From Octopus vulgaris (Eukaryota): a stretch of DNA of 64,000 nt. The notes below the pieces were generated by a model. The model did no database searches and was not told where the DNA came from. It saw nothing but the letters and a program-made list of their open reading frames with translations. The translations under genes were made by a program, and so were the position numbers. The stretch covers positions 19,034,001 through 19,098,000 of the forward strand of contig OX597814.1 in NCBI GenBank assembly GCA_951406725.2, given 5' to 3'. Positions 1-12,805 of the stretch are shown here, piece after piece; the first letter of the stretch is position 1, and each line of letters begins with the position of its first letter.

Positions 1-18
1 TATACGAAGCCCAATATA

Positions 19-1308
19 CGAGGGACGTTCAATAAGTAATGCCTCTGACCCACTTGCATTTGTTTGATCTAGCTGAAATGTTGCATGTGCAATCATTTAT
101 ATCTTTATAGAGTAAGTGGCAAATTACAGCTCTGAATTAATTGTGGTTTCTGATTTACAGGTGTTTGAACCGAGTCAAGTGTGAAATGGAGCCTGTTGAG
201 TGTCGAGCAGTGATCCGGTTTTTGTATTTGAAAGGACGCACACCACGGGAGACTTTTGATGAAATGAAAGTAACTTATGGCGATGATGCCCCATCATATG
301 ACCTTGTAAAACGCTGGCATCGTGAATTCAAACATGGTCGGAACTCTGTGGAAACAGCTCCCAGATCTGGTCGCCCCTTCTGCCATTGATGAGGCATCTG
401 TCCGTCAAGTTGAGGCTGCCATTTTGGAAGATCGACGCATAACTATTCGCCAAATAGTCCATGAGGTCAAGATTAGTACTGGGTCTGTGGAAACTATCAT
501 TCATGACCATTTGCATATGCAAAACGTGTCTGACAGATGGATTCCCAGGTTGCTCACGCCTTTCCAGAAGCAAGAACGCGTCGAGTGCTCGAGGGTGAAT
601 TTGGAGATGTGCCAAGAAGATGAGTCAACATTTTCCAAAAGACTGATTACACAGGATGAAACCTGGGTCCATCACGATGATCCAGAGACCAAAGCCCAGT
701 CAATGCAGTGGAAGCACCGTGACTCACCCCCTCCAAAGAAGGCAAGGGTGCAGCCCTCCGCTGGCAAGGTCATGCTCACAGTCTCCTGAGACCAGGACGG
801 AGTAGTGATGACAGATTTCCTGGCAAAGGGTACCACAATTGCAGGAGCCTATTATGCTTCACTTTTGAGGAAATTAAGAGAAGTTATCAAAATCAAGAGG
901 CGGGGCAAGATCAGCAAAGGCATCCTCCTCCTGCAGGACAACGCTCCGGTCCACAACTTGCTTGTCGCCAGATCAGCAGCACAGGCGTATAGCTATGAAC
1001 TCCTCCCCATCCCCCCTACTTTCGTGACCTTGCACCCTCTGATTTTCACCTCTTCCCAATCATGAAGTTGTTTTTGAAAGGAAAGCGTTTCCCAGATGAT
1101 GCAGTCTTGATTTCTGAAGTCACGTTGAGGTTGGAGGACCAAGCTGGGTTCTTCTACAAAAACGGTCTCCAGAGCCGCATCAAACGATGGAAGAAATGCG
1201 TAACTCTGGGTGGTTCCTATGTAGAAAAAGACTAATAACTGTGCCAAGTTTCGTTGCTCTACTTCTATGGGAAGTGGGTCAGGGGCATTACTTATTGAAC
1301 GCCCCTCG
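19..1308 (+). mobile_element. Full-length mariner (Tc1/mariner, DD34D) DNA transposon
   Basis: ~37-bp TIRs CGAGGGACGTTCAATAAGTAATGCCTCTGACCCACTT (19-55) and its reverse complement (1272-1308), 2 mismatches. TA on both sides (17-18, 1309-1310). 1290 bp long. Confidence 0.97.
186..1235 (+). pseudogene. Mariner transposase, disrupted by 2 frameshifts (~375, ~1008) and a TGA at 787-789
   Basis: MEPVECRAVIRFLYLKG (HTH), RSGRP, WIPRLLT, ITQDETW, LLQDNAPVH, HPPYFRDLAPSDFHLF. The second and third catalytic D are 34 residues apart after frameshift repair. Ends ...GGSYVEKD*. Confidence 0.95.
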
Positions 1309-1310
1309 TA

Positions 1311-1795
1311 CCCATCATGACTACCCGTCTGATAAGGGTACATCAGGCACATGCATCACAACCATATGTGCGCAATATGGTGATCTCATATCAAGATAAA
1401 CAGCACATGACCTTGCAGGTGGGGCCCAGTTAGAAATTTCTTCTGGTTGAGTAGCCCATCCCGCTCAAAAGGTCCCTGAATAAGGGTTGTTTAAGGATGT
1501 TGAAAGAACCACCCATGTTTCCAGAGGTGAATTATCCAAACCCCAAACAATCCTTCTCAACACATGGCTATGATGCTCCCCCACTACTTCTGCTCGTGAT
1601 CAGAGATGCACATATCGTCAGCCACTAAGGGACATGCTCAACTGGTTAAGGTCAAACAACTGAATTTGTGGTATTGAGCAGAATATTTTCTGTAGCCCAT
1701 CTTTTATACCAAGACAAAACAATGTGCATGATAACACTTCCAATCAGTTAAGATCAGAATCCATGAGAGCCACTGCCTGGTACTGCAACAGGGCA
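1311..1795 (-). mobile_element. Non-coding interspersed element abutting (TAA)n, interrupted by the mariner (probably continues at 1-16)
   Basis: Reverse complement aligns with the copy at 9983-10355. Both copies begin (TAA)n-TGCC(C)TGWTGCAGTACCAGGCARTGGCTCTCATGG. Confidence 0.75.
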
Positions 1796-2250
<455 letters not shown>

Positions 2251-2802
2251 TGTTTCTTCGAAAGAAATGTAAGCTCCTAGTTTCGAAAATATCGCAGGTG
2301 TGGGTAGATAATCTTCATGATGATGATGGTGGCTGTGGTAATGATTATGATGATTATGATGACAACGACGTCGCGACGCTGATGGTTATGGAGACGAAGA
2401 CAACGACGGCGACGGGTATGACGACAACGACGACGACGTTGATAGTCATAACGCTGATAGAGATGATCCTATCTTATCTAGATTATTGTACTTGTTTACT
2501 TGAAATTTACTGCAGTTATTTCTCGAGCTGTAGTAAATTTGTTTTTAATACATTTAATTTTTTTTCAAATTCTTTTTCTGAAACCACGTTCCTTCTTCTT
2601 TTTGCTTCTGCAGTCTTAGCAATAGTTGTCAAGTTCGAAAACATATGTTAGGATAAAAAAGTGAATAAAACAAAATGTATCGAATAAAACAGGAAAAAAA
2701 AGTGAAATATATGAACGACGTATGTCTTGAAACAAAACTTCTGGAAGACTTCTAAGTACCTATCTATTTATCTAAGTTTCTATGAAGCGTTATGTATGTA
2801 CT

Positions 2803-2861
<59 letters not shown>

Positions 2862-2917
2862 CATATATTTATATGTATAAATATGTATACATACACATAC
2901 ACCCACGTATGTATAAA

Positions 2918-2985
<68 letters not shown>

Positions 2986-2989
2986 TTAT

Positions 2990-3179
2990 ATATGCATTTC
3001 ACTGTTTTCCTCAGCTTTCGATACATATGTATATATGGGTGTTGAGTATATTTGTAAGCGTGTATATATGTATGTATATGTGTGTGGGAGTATATATATA
3101 TATGCGTGTGTGTCTGTTTATACAAATACCTACACACACACATACATATATATATTTACATATACATATATATATACAT

Positions 3180-3229
<50 letters not shown>

Positions 3230-3320
3230 ATACAGACAATACATACACACCTAAAAACATATTCACTACCCACATATACATATGCGTGGAATGATGGTGA
3301 AAACAATGAAATGCATATAT
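2990..3320. repeat. Diverged inverted repeat (~2990-3090 vs ~3225-3320) within (TA)/(CA) tracts
   Basis: ATGCATTTCACTGTTTTC...ATATGGGTGTTGAGTATATTTGTAAG vs reverse complement of CTAAAAACATATTCACTACCCACAT...GAAAACAATGAAATGCAT. Confidence 0.7.
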
Positions 3321-3367
3321 ATATATATATATATTTGTGTATACAGATAAACAAAAGCGTATACATG

Positions 3368-3425
<58 letters not shown>

Positions 3426-3433
3426 GGTGCGTG

Positions 3434-3483
<50 letters not shown>

Positions 3484-4039
3484 TGCTGTCTGTAACGTAT
3501 TTGAGAAGAAATTCTCTCTCGATTTTTTAATGAATCTATTAACAAATATCCTCATTGAGTTGAAATTCATTTAGAAACGAAACAGAAGTAATGCATTCCA
3601 CTTGTCACCGAATAAAGAATTTATTACATTCTACTTCTGGAAGTATGAGATATATTATTTTCTACAACTGATCTTTGTTTTTTGGGACATGCATTTATAC
3701 ACATCTTACTAACCGCTCTTGCTAACCTGTTACTAACCTCTCTTGCCCTGTCTCTACCTATCTTTAGTCTATATCTACCTATCTTGCTTTCTCTTTTCCC
3801 CTCTTTTTTCTCTCTCCCTTTCTCCCCCTCTCTCTCTCTCTCTCTCTTTCTCACATTATATATATTCATAGATCAACTCTTGCTTAATAGAGAAAGCAGT
3901 ATTGCTCAAATGATTTGAAATTACACTACAAAATTTATATCGAGTTGTAAGTGATCGGGGTAAAGAGAGGCTATAATCGGAATCTAGGTAAGATAATGAT
4001 ACAAATAAGCAAATATTCGTCCTTATCATGTTTGTTGTT

Positions 4040-4085
4040 AACACTACGTTTCGGCTGATGTACCCTCCAGCCTTCCTCAGGTGTC
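4040..4085 (-). ncRNA. Minimal type-I hammerhead ribozyme (canonical core)
   Basis: Minus strand GACAC-CUGAGGA-A-GGCUG-gaggguacau-CAGCC-GAAAC-GUA-GUGUU. Stem I GACAC/GUGUU, stem II GGCUG/CAGCC, palindromic ACGU stem III, GUA cleavage triplet. Confidence 0.85.
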
Positions 4086-4138
4086 TTGGGGAAATTTCGA
4101 AACTGGTTTCTTTCTCATTCCTAAGGTATTTTTTGAAG

Positions 4139-4170
<32 letters not shown>

Positions 4171-4228
4171 ATTACTCAAGTCACTGAATACCTTAGGAAT
4201 GAGAACCCAGATTTGAAATTTTCCCCAA

Positions 4229-4274
4229 GACACCTGATGAAGGCTGGAGGGTATATCAGCCGAAATATTGTGTT
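4229..4274 (+). ncRNA. Minimal type-I hammerhead ribozyme (sister copy)
   Basis: GACAC-CUGAUGA-A-GGCUG-gaggguauau-CAGCC-GAAAU-AUU-GUGUU. Stem III palindrome is AUAU. Confidence 0.8.
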
Positions 4275-4332
4275 AACAACAAACAATATGAGAACAAATA
4301 TCCGTCGAATGTAAATAATCTAAATAATATTA

Positions 4333-4570
4333 AATACCTATTTCTTTATTACCCGCAAGGGGCTAAACACAGAGGGGACAAACAAGGACAGACATAGGTA
4401 TTAAGTCGATTATATCGACTCCAGTGCGTAACTGGTACTTAATTTATCGACCCCGAAAGGATGAAAAGCAAAGTCGACCTCGGCGGAATTTGAACTCACA
4501 ACGTAACGCAGACGAAATACCGCTAAGCATTTCGCCCGGCGTGCTAACGTTTCTGCCAGCTCGCCGCCTT
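4333..4570 (-). mobile_element. tRNA-headed SINE family 1 (core GCCTTTCATCCTTTCGGGGTCGATAAA, Meta/MESC-like)
   Basis: Head GGCGGCGAGCTGGCAGAAACGTTAGC, box-B-like GAGTTCAAATTCC, tail GCCCCTTGCGGGTAATAAAGAAATA. Flanking direct repeat TAAATAATATTA (4321-4332/4572-4583). Confidence 0.9.
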
Positions 4571-4589
4571 TTAAATAATATTACATACC

Positions 4590-5005
4590 CTTGTTGTAAC
4601 GTACCAGCTATTTCCCGAAGTCCCTATTTTAGTCTTCCAAAGTGAAGGATCCAGGACCCTCATCACAATCCTCCTTCATCTTCTCATACAGCTTGGAGAA
4701 CAACCAAATGTCTCAGGCATCTATGTCTGGACCATAGGAAGATCGAGATTCAGTTTTGATATCCATCTGTGTCAAATAATTGGTTATCTGGATGGAACTT
4801 TCGACTGGTGCATTGCCACGGTGTAGATACTCTGGTCCTTTACAACATAATCTCTTCCTGAACTCTCTTCAAACATCCACAAAGTATTTTTTGTTGAAAT
4901 TTTGGCCAGCGGGCAGGCAGTGGAAGTAGATGTTACCCTTGCTTCGGAAAAGGAGTTCATCATGAACATCCCAGTAGACTTGCTTTCACTGGACTCTTGT
5001 ACCAA
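4590..5005 (-). pseudogene. Decayed mariner transposase C-terminal fragment
   Basis: Frame-jumping translation gives PAGQNFNKKYFVDV*REFRKR, HRGNAPV and SYGPDIDA*DIWLFSKL, resembling PYSPDLAPCDFWLFPKL. Confidence 0.7.
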
Positions 5006-5150
5006 GGAAAAACAGCTGCTCGGCTAATACAAGTTAATCCATTAGTAATCTGTAGCATTTCGTAAGGTTCTGTAACGTTTTTGCACAGTTTACCACAAAA
5101 CTATATTGCATAGCGTGATTCTTTACAGCCCAACTATACGCTACAATCTA

Positions 5151-5402
5151 CAGTAATCCCTCGCCATATTGCGATTCAACTATTGCGGTTCACCTATCGC
5201 GGTTCACCTGCTGCGGTTTGTTATTTAAGTTTACGTCGATTCCCCTGTGATGTTGCTTTACATTAATAATAACATAAGTGTTTGCAAATTATTAAAATCA
5301 TTAAAAAATATACACACAACACAGTACTGTTTCTACTTCGCGGATTGTCATCTATCGCGGGCTTTTTGGAACGTAACACCCGTGATAGTCGGTGAATTAC
5401 TG
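5151..5402. mobile_element. pogo/Tigger-like MITE
   Basis: TA|CAGTAATCCCTCG ... CGGTGAATTACTG|TA termini with internal TATCGCGG subrepeats. Confidence 0.75.
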
Positions 5403-5666
5403 TAGTCTGCGGTAAAAAAAATAAAGCAGAATTTGGTAAGGTGTGTTCAATGTGTGGTTACAGCCGTCTAATTCACTCTGGAATAAAAAAAAGTAAGCAG
5501 GTCAGCTGATTAGATTTATGGTAATGATATACTAAAATTACTATAATTTACGACAACGAAAACGACTCTACTTACGGAGTATCAAAACATCTGGAATGCA
5601 CCTCGTATCAGTAAAATACAAGAAGGGGATTATATGCTTGTGCATATATAGATAAATATTACAAGA

Positions 5667-5706
<40 letters not shown>

Positions 5707-5771
5707 GATACTGATATTTTATATATAAGTGCATTTATCTGTTTTATATATTAATAATCCTTTTATCTATA

Positions 5772-5815
<44 letters not shown>

Positions 5816-6057
5816 TAGATAGATAGATAGACAGATACATACATACATATACGCATATATATAAACATATGTGTGTATATATATATATATGGACACCCAC
5901 ATATATACATATATATATATACATATATATGTATATATGTATATGTATTCATACATGTGTGTGTATGTGTCTGTCTGTAAATGTATATACACACACTTAT
6001 ATATCTACCTATATATGCATGTATTTATATCTTTGTACGAATGATATTGTACGTATC

Positions 6058-6143
<86 letters not shown>

Positions 6144-6868
6144 TATATATGCACATACACACATACACACGCACACATATGTATGTGTGTAACATACCTA
6201 TCGATCAAAGTATCTTGCTATGAAATAATCTCGGGGATTGTATTAATTCTTCAATGTTTCGGTTCTGTCATATGTAGAAGAAAGACGAAAATGGCAGGGT
6301 GGCAGCGCGGCAGAGTGGCAGGCAGGAACTGAAAAGTATTGGAAGCGTTCAGGGAATGCGAAAACCGCTAAAGCTATCTAATTCTCGTGAAACGTGAGTC
6401 GAGACATGAATTAGGGGCAAGCCCTCTGTTGCGATATGTAAAATTCCCAAGCGACTACAGAGACAGTTGAACTATCTTACGGACTAAGACAACCATTATT
6501 ATTAACTAAATATATGAGACGGTACATGTGAATGTGTGTGTCTCTATAGATGTCGGTGTGTATATGTTTATACATACATATATGTGTGTGTATGTATATA
6601 TATATATACGTATGTATCTATATATACATATGTATGTGTATATATATATATATATATATATAGTATGTATATATGTATGTACCTACACACATCTAATTAC
6701 ATACGTGTATATATATATATCTATATGTGTATATATATATATACATATGTAGACAGAAGTATATATATATATAAATCAAATATAAATTAAAAACAGAACG
6801 CATATATATATGTGTGTGTGTATGTTCGCTTATATACATACATGTTTAAACTGCAACACATATGTGTT

Positions 6869-6900
<32 letters not shown>

Positions 6901-6901
6901 A

Positions 6902-6957
<56 letters not shown>

Positions 6958-7304
6958 ATGTCAGTGAATGTGCATCAGTGAATGTGTATGCGTGCGTATA
7001 CATATATATGTGTGTGTATACTTATATCTATGCGTATAAACGTGTCCAAACTTACATGCATATTTGCATTCACATGTACATACATAAGTATGTGATATAT
7101 GTGATGTCACTACGTGTGTATGTGTGTGTGTGTTTGTGCATGCCTCTGTGTGTGTATGTGTGCGTGTGTGTGCGCGCGCGCGCGCGTGTTATAGGAAATG
7201 GCAGTTTTATATGTGACGAGAAGAATGAAGTATATGCTGGAGACTAAGTCAATCACGAATAACAGCATATTACAACGGCGATGATGATGATATAAACGAT
7301 GGCA

Positions 7305-7357
7305 ATAGTAGTAGGAGTAGTAGTAGTGGTGGTGGTGGTGGTGGTGGTGGTGTGCTG

Positions 7358-7404
<47 letters not shown>

Positions 7405-7462
7405 GGTGGTGGTGGTGGTGGTGGTGGTGGTTGTAGTAGTAGTGGTGGTGGTGGTGGTGGTG

Positions 7463-7515
<53 letters not shown>

Positions 7516-7519
7516 GGTG

Positions 7520-7554
<35 letters not shown>

Positions 7555-7561
7555 GGCGGCG

Positions 7562-7604
<43 letters not shown>

Positions 7605-7660
7605 CGGCGGTGGTGGTGGTGGTAGTAGTAGTTGTGGTGGTTTCGGTAGTGGTGGTGCTG
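7305..7660. repeat. (GTA)n/(GTG)n compound microsatellite
   Basis: Direct reading; source of the poly-Val ORF. Confidence 0.97.
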
Positions 7661-7794
7661 GTGATAGATGATGTAATATATTACAAACGATGTAAGAGTA
7701 GTAATGAAGTATTATTAGCGTTTATGATGAACATGATGATGCGGAGGAGGAAAATTATGATGATGGTTAAGATAACAAAATTAACAACAGCACC

Positions 7795-7835
<41 letters not shown>

Positions 7836-7912
7836 TAATAATAATATTAATAATAATCACAATAATAATAATAATAATAATAATGATAATAATATTAATA
7901 ATAATAACAATG

Positions 7913-7950
<38 letters not shown>

Positions 7951-7981
7951 AATCATAATGATAATAATAATAATAAGAGAT

Positions 7982-8025
<44 letters not shown>

Positions 8026-8087
8026 TAATAATATTAATAATAATAATAATAATAATAATGATAATAATATTAATAATAATAATAATG

Positions 8088-8125
<38 letters not shown>

Positions 8126-8196
8126 CATAATGATAATAATAATGATAATAATAATAATAATAATTATAATAATGATAATAATAATAATGATAATAA

Positions 8197-8283
<87 letters not shown>

Positions 8284-8416
8284 TAATAATAATAACGATA
8301 ATAATAATAAAAAAAACCCAAATATTTGGCACAGAACTTCCAACCTGTTGTCTCTTGAGGTCTCTGGGTGAGACTTGGAACCAACTTGTACAGACATAAA
8401 GCAAAAGTCAAACATA

Positions 8417-8497
<81 letters not shown>

Positions 8498-8535
8498 TAA
8501 TAATAATAATGATGATGATGATGATGATGATGATG

Positions 8536-8618
<83 letters not shown>
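7795..8618. repeat. Long degenerate (TAA)n field with an embedded LINE 3' end
   Basis: Direct reading. Confidence 0.95.
8315..8418 (+). mobile_element. 3'-UTR-only copy of an R4/Dong-like retrotransposon
   Basis: Matches the 3' UTR of the 9305-9770 copy (GGGTGAGACTTGGAACCAACTTGTACA...GCAAAAGTCAAACATA), followed by (TAA)n. Confidence 0.8.
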
Positions 8619-9250
8619 TGCGCAGTCCTCGCAGGAAAGGAGAACCTCATAAGACATGACAGACTAGGGTAGTACATATACACTGCAATACTACAAAATT
8701 AAATCTCATAAGTGATAGAGGCATCATTCAGAGGATGTAGTATATGGCAAGGGTGTCACAATCTTTTGGCATTTCCCAATGCAAACAGACAGAAAAATTG
8801 ACTCTAATCGACCAGATATTGTGATCAAGGACTACAACAGAGGAACTTGTCTGTTAAGCGATATGTCAGTCCCACAAGATCAAAATGTCTCAGGAAAAGA
8901 ATACGAAAAGCTTTCTTACTATAATGATCTGCAAATTGAAATCACAAAAATGTGGAAGCTTAGAAATACGAAAATACCAGTAGTGATTGGTGCGTTAGGA
9001 ATGATGAAGAAGAGAGCTGAGAAGTATATTAAGCAACTCCCTGGTAACTCCAATCTCCGTGAACTACAAAAGATAACCGTGATGCGTGCAGCCCATATAC
9101 TACGGAAAGTACTCTCCATCTAAAATGGAGTAAATCTGGTGGTAATTTTAGCATGCATAGCAAAACAGAAGTGCACGTGCTACTCTTGGCCTCCGGAGGA
9201 TGCTCGGTACTAAGCCAGTTGAAATAAAGTTATAATGAAAAGAAACCATA
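8619..9250 (+). mobile_element. 5'-truncated R4/Dong-like non-LTR retrotransposon: RHD motif + restriction-like endonuclease domain + 3' UTR
   Basis: RHDRLG*YIH at ~8654. ORF 8779-9123 has NRPDIVI..D..VP...KEYEKLSYYNDL..PVVIGALG..LQK..AHILRKVL (PD-(D/E)xK REL). Confidence 0.88.
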
Positions 9251-9257
9251 TATGATA

Positions 9258-9303
<46 letters not shown>

Positions 9304-9304
9304 C

Positions 9305-9770
9305 ATCAGACAAAAACCTTGCTTCCTCATTGATATGGCTGTCGCAATAGATATAAATGTATCAGTCAAGACCTAACACAAACTGAGCAAGTATAAAGAT
9401 GTTGAAATATAAATTGGCAAAATGCAGAATGTCACGATTAAAACAATACCTGTTGTCATAGGTATCGTAGGAATGATAGCAAATGGGGCTGATTGCTACC
9501 TACCTAAGATACCAGGAAACCCCAAAATGGCAGAAATTCAAAAGATGGTGCTCATAGGAACTGCCCATATCCTACGTAAAATACTGTCTATGTAATCTCA
9601 AATTTTAAAACAAACTTAGTTTTCTTATGTTTTCTTAAACATTCTTAAACCAAATATATGACACGCTAGGCATAACACCGGCATGATCTTCTAACTTGTT
9701 GTCCCTTGCGGTCTCAGGGTGAGACTTGGAACCAACTTGTACATACAAAGCAAAAGTCAAACATATAAAA
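9305..9770 (+). mobile_element. 5'-truncated R4/Dong-like retrotransposon, second family
   Basis: Translates KTCFLIDMAVA..KLSKYKDVEI..IPVVIG..EIQKMVLIGTAHILRKILSM*, then 3' UTR and (TAA)n. Confidence 0.85.
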
Positions 9771-9800
9771 ATAATAATCACGATAATAATAATAATAATG

Positions 9801-9982
<182 letters not shown>

Positions 9983-10355
9983 TGCCTGATGCAGTACCAG
10001 GCAATGGCTCTCATGGCTTCGATCAACTGATTGGAAGTGTTATCATGTACATTGTTTTGTCTTGATAAAGATGCACAGCAAATATTCTGCTCAATACCAC
10101 AGATTTGCTTGTCAGTTGTTTGACCTTAACCAGTTGAGCATGTCCCTTAGTGGCTGACGATATGTCATCTCTGATCACGAGCAGAAGTAGTGAAGAAGAA
10201 GAAGAAGAAGAAATTCTAACTGAAGGTCATGTGCTTTTATCTTGATATGAGATCACCATGTCGCGCACATATGGTTGTGATGCATGTGCCTGGTCTTTAG
10301 AAGAAGAAGAATTTTACCCAGTGTCACTTTGATGGCATGAACTGCTCTCTCACTC
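9983..10355 (+). mobile_element. Second copy of the non-coding (TAA)n-associated element, with internal deletions filled by (GAA)n
   Basis: Aligns to reverse complement of 1311-1795. GAA runs at ~10192-10212 and ~10299-10311 replace missing segments. Confidence 0.75.
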
Positions 10356-10455
10356 AGAAGAAGAAGAAGAAGAAGAACAACAACAACAACAACAAGAAGA
10401 ACAAGAACAAGAACAAGAACAAGAACAAGAAGAACAAGAACAAGAAGAACAAGAA

Positions 10456-10600
10456 GAGATAGAGAATAGGAAACCAGATAGTGTTACTTGAGAAAGAAAG
10501 CAAACGATGTTGGATCATAGATATAGCATGCCCAGCTGACAACAAGGTATGCGATAAGGAATAAAAGAAAAGTCGATAGATATGACAGATTAGCTTGAGA
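10456..10600 (+). mobile_element. REL-domain fragment of a third R4-like family, next to a (GAA)/(CAA) tract
   Basis: EIENRKPDSVLLEKESKRCWIIDIACPADNKVCDKE. Confidence 0.75.
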
Positions 10601-10776
10601 GCTTCAGCAGTCGTAGTTGATTTTTTTATAAATTTGTTCGAGTATTTACCGGCATCCTCTTTGTTGTCGGATATAAGCTGCGTCTGCATAGTGGATTTGA
10701 AAAGTTAAAATATACAAATAATGAGTTTACATACGGAATCGATCTCGTTGTGTGTATATTTAAAATCTAAAGGTTA

Positions 10777-10843
10777 CCTACTGATGAACACTGACCTCAG
10801 TAAATCTTTATTTACTGAAATAAGTCAGAAACCATGGTCCAGG
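10777..10843 (+). ncRNA. Hammerhead ribozyme with extended stem II, in a Penelope pLTR-like segment (~10600-11060)
   Basis: CCUA-CUGAUGA-acac-UGAC-[UCAGUAAAU/AUUUACUGA hairpin]-GUCA-GAAAC-CAUG-GUC-CAGG. Stem III is the 8-nt palindrome ACCAUGGU; GUC triplet. Stem I has one mismatch. Confidence 0.72.
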
Positions 10844-11124
10844 AACTAAATTATATGGTAAATGTTTTTAATTTTCGTTCCCTTCGAGAATTTATCCCTA
10901 ATTAGTGGTTTGAGCTGTTTACTGCTCTTTCTAGCGCAAGGGTTTCCTATGATGGAAGCCTCTCAATGTGTTTTAATGTACACGATATTTTATATGAATA
11001 ATATATAGTCGATTGACTAAATCTTTTTGCGCTAGGCCACTGGTAATAAAAATTTCTATAATTCTTATTATCATAATATCATATATATACATATAAATAT
11101 ATATACATATATATATATATATAC

Positions 11125-11335
11125 AGATCGCCATGTTGATTCGCTAGCTTCTGCACGCATTTTTTTTCTCCTTGTTTCTCTCCGTGTTTCTTTTCTGTGT
11201 ATCTTTCTGTTGAAGAGCGTAGGCTCGAAACGTAAAAGACTTGTTTTATTTATATTCCTGAGCGCCATACTAATACAATTGTTTGTTTGTATTCCACCTG
11301 CCTTCGTCTTTTGTTTATTTTCATAAAGCTTCCCG

Positions 11336-11340
<5 letters not shown>
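11125..11340 (+). mobile_element. Short non-coding hammerhead-bearing element (family A) between (TA)n tracts
   Basis: Shared with 19570-19770, 36358-36500 and 46150-46398. Ends CTTTTGTTTATTTTCATAAAGCTTCCCGTT(ATA..). Confidence 0.85.
11202..11239 (+). ncRNA. Family A hammerhead, variant core CUGUUGA
   Basis: UCUUU-CUGUUGA-A-GAGC-guag-GCUC-GAAAC-GUA-AAAGA. Confidence 0.72.
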
Positions 11341-11393
<53 letters not shown>

Positions 11394-11715
11394 CATAATT
11401 TCTCTCTATACATTTCCTTTGTTTTTATTCTGTGGTTTTCGTGCTCCATGTAAATATATCAATCAGCCCTAATTGTGTTTACATACCTTACTTCATCCAT
11501 ATCCGTGCGAGTTGGAGTTCTCTTAAATCCACCTTTGATGTCGTGGCCTTGCACAGGATACCGAAGTCGTAATTTAAGTTGAAAACTATCTGACCACTGC
11601 TGTTTTTTTCTATACTGTGCTTATTTAGCTCTCGCCTACTTATTGTAAGTATATGATTTTCATGTATGTCTACATATTTGTGTGTGTGGTTGTTGGTGCG
11701 AGCGTATTTATGTAC

Positions 11716-11826
<111 letters not shown>

Positions 11827-12533
11827 TAGATAGATATAGATATGTATATACATATGTATGTGTGTGTGTACACAAGTGAATATACATAAATACACCCCCG
11901 TTTTGTTATGTGTGCATATATGTATGTGTGCGTGCGTGTGGTTGTGTAATGCTGTTTATATTTTGTATGAAGCTGACATCTGTGCTTTTCATTGCGTTCA
12001 TTCATACGACGCTTAATCAATGGATTTTCAGCAAATTGTTAATAAATCATTCCATATTCTCAGTTTTGTGCAGTTTATACTCTGTATACTGATTTATAGT
12101 TTTGGTTAGAGGTCAACTAGATTTATGTATATTCTTACGGCAATCTCAGCTTTCGCTTCGTCTGTCCAATATATTTGATGCCGTTCAAAGAATTCTTACA
12201 AATCCAACAATATGTTCAGATTTTTTAAACATCAAAAAGAAAAAAAAATGGCTTTTTTTTTCTATTTAAGTTGTTTAACCCAAGGTTTTTTTCTAATCCT
12301 GACAGAGCCAGCTAATGATCATAGGTGTTCTAAACAACAGGAATTCCGTATTTTTTTTTTTTTTTGTGCATACATGGACTACATTAAAGAATTCAATGAG
12401 ACAGACAGATGCGAATAGTAGAAGATTTGGCTGCTATTTCTCTCGGTGTCAACTGGAGCTTGGAATTTTGAACATTTTGGTATTGCTTTTTCTAGCACAC
12501 ACACATACATATGTATATACATATCTATATCTA

Positions 12534-12629
<96 letters not shown>

Positions 12630-12805
12630 TATCTTCTATCTATCTATCTATTACGCACAAACTATCATATGTTTAAGACAAGTGAATAATTTATTACTCA
12701 AATGTTTTAATACCAAGATAGTTTGACACCAGATTTTACCTATTTCATATTACGAATAAAAGAAACCCATCATCAATTTCTTTAATTTTTATTATTTTAT
12801 TTTAG

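Larger units (their letters stand above)
4013..4310. mobile_element. Head-to-head inverted pair of Penelope-like pLTR fragments around (GTT)n
   Basis: Arms ~4013-4135 and ~4177-4302 are reverse complements. Each carries a hammerhead core. Confidence 0.75.

Noticed and set aside
9983-10060. HDV-like ribozyme at the start of the (TAA)n-associated element
   Set aside because: Only a simple hairpin is visible; I could not assign the nested P1/P2/P3/P1.1 pseudoknot.
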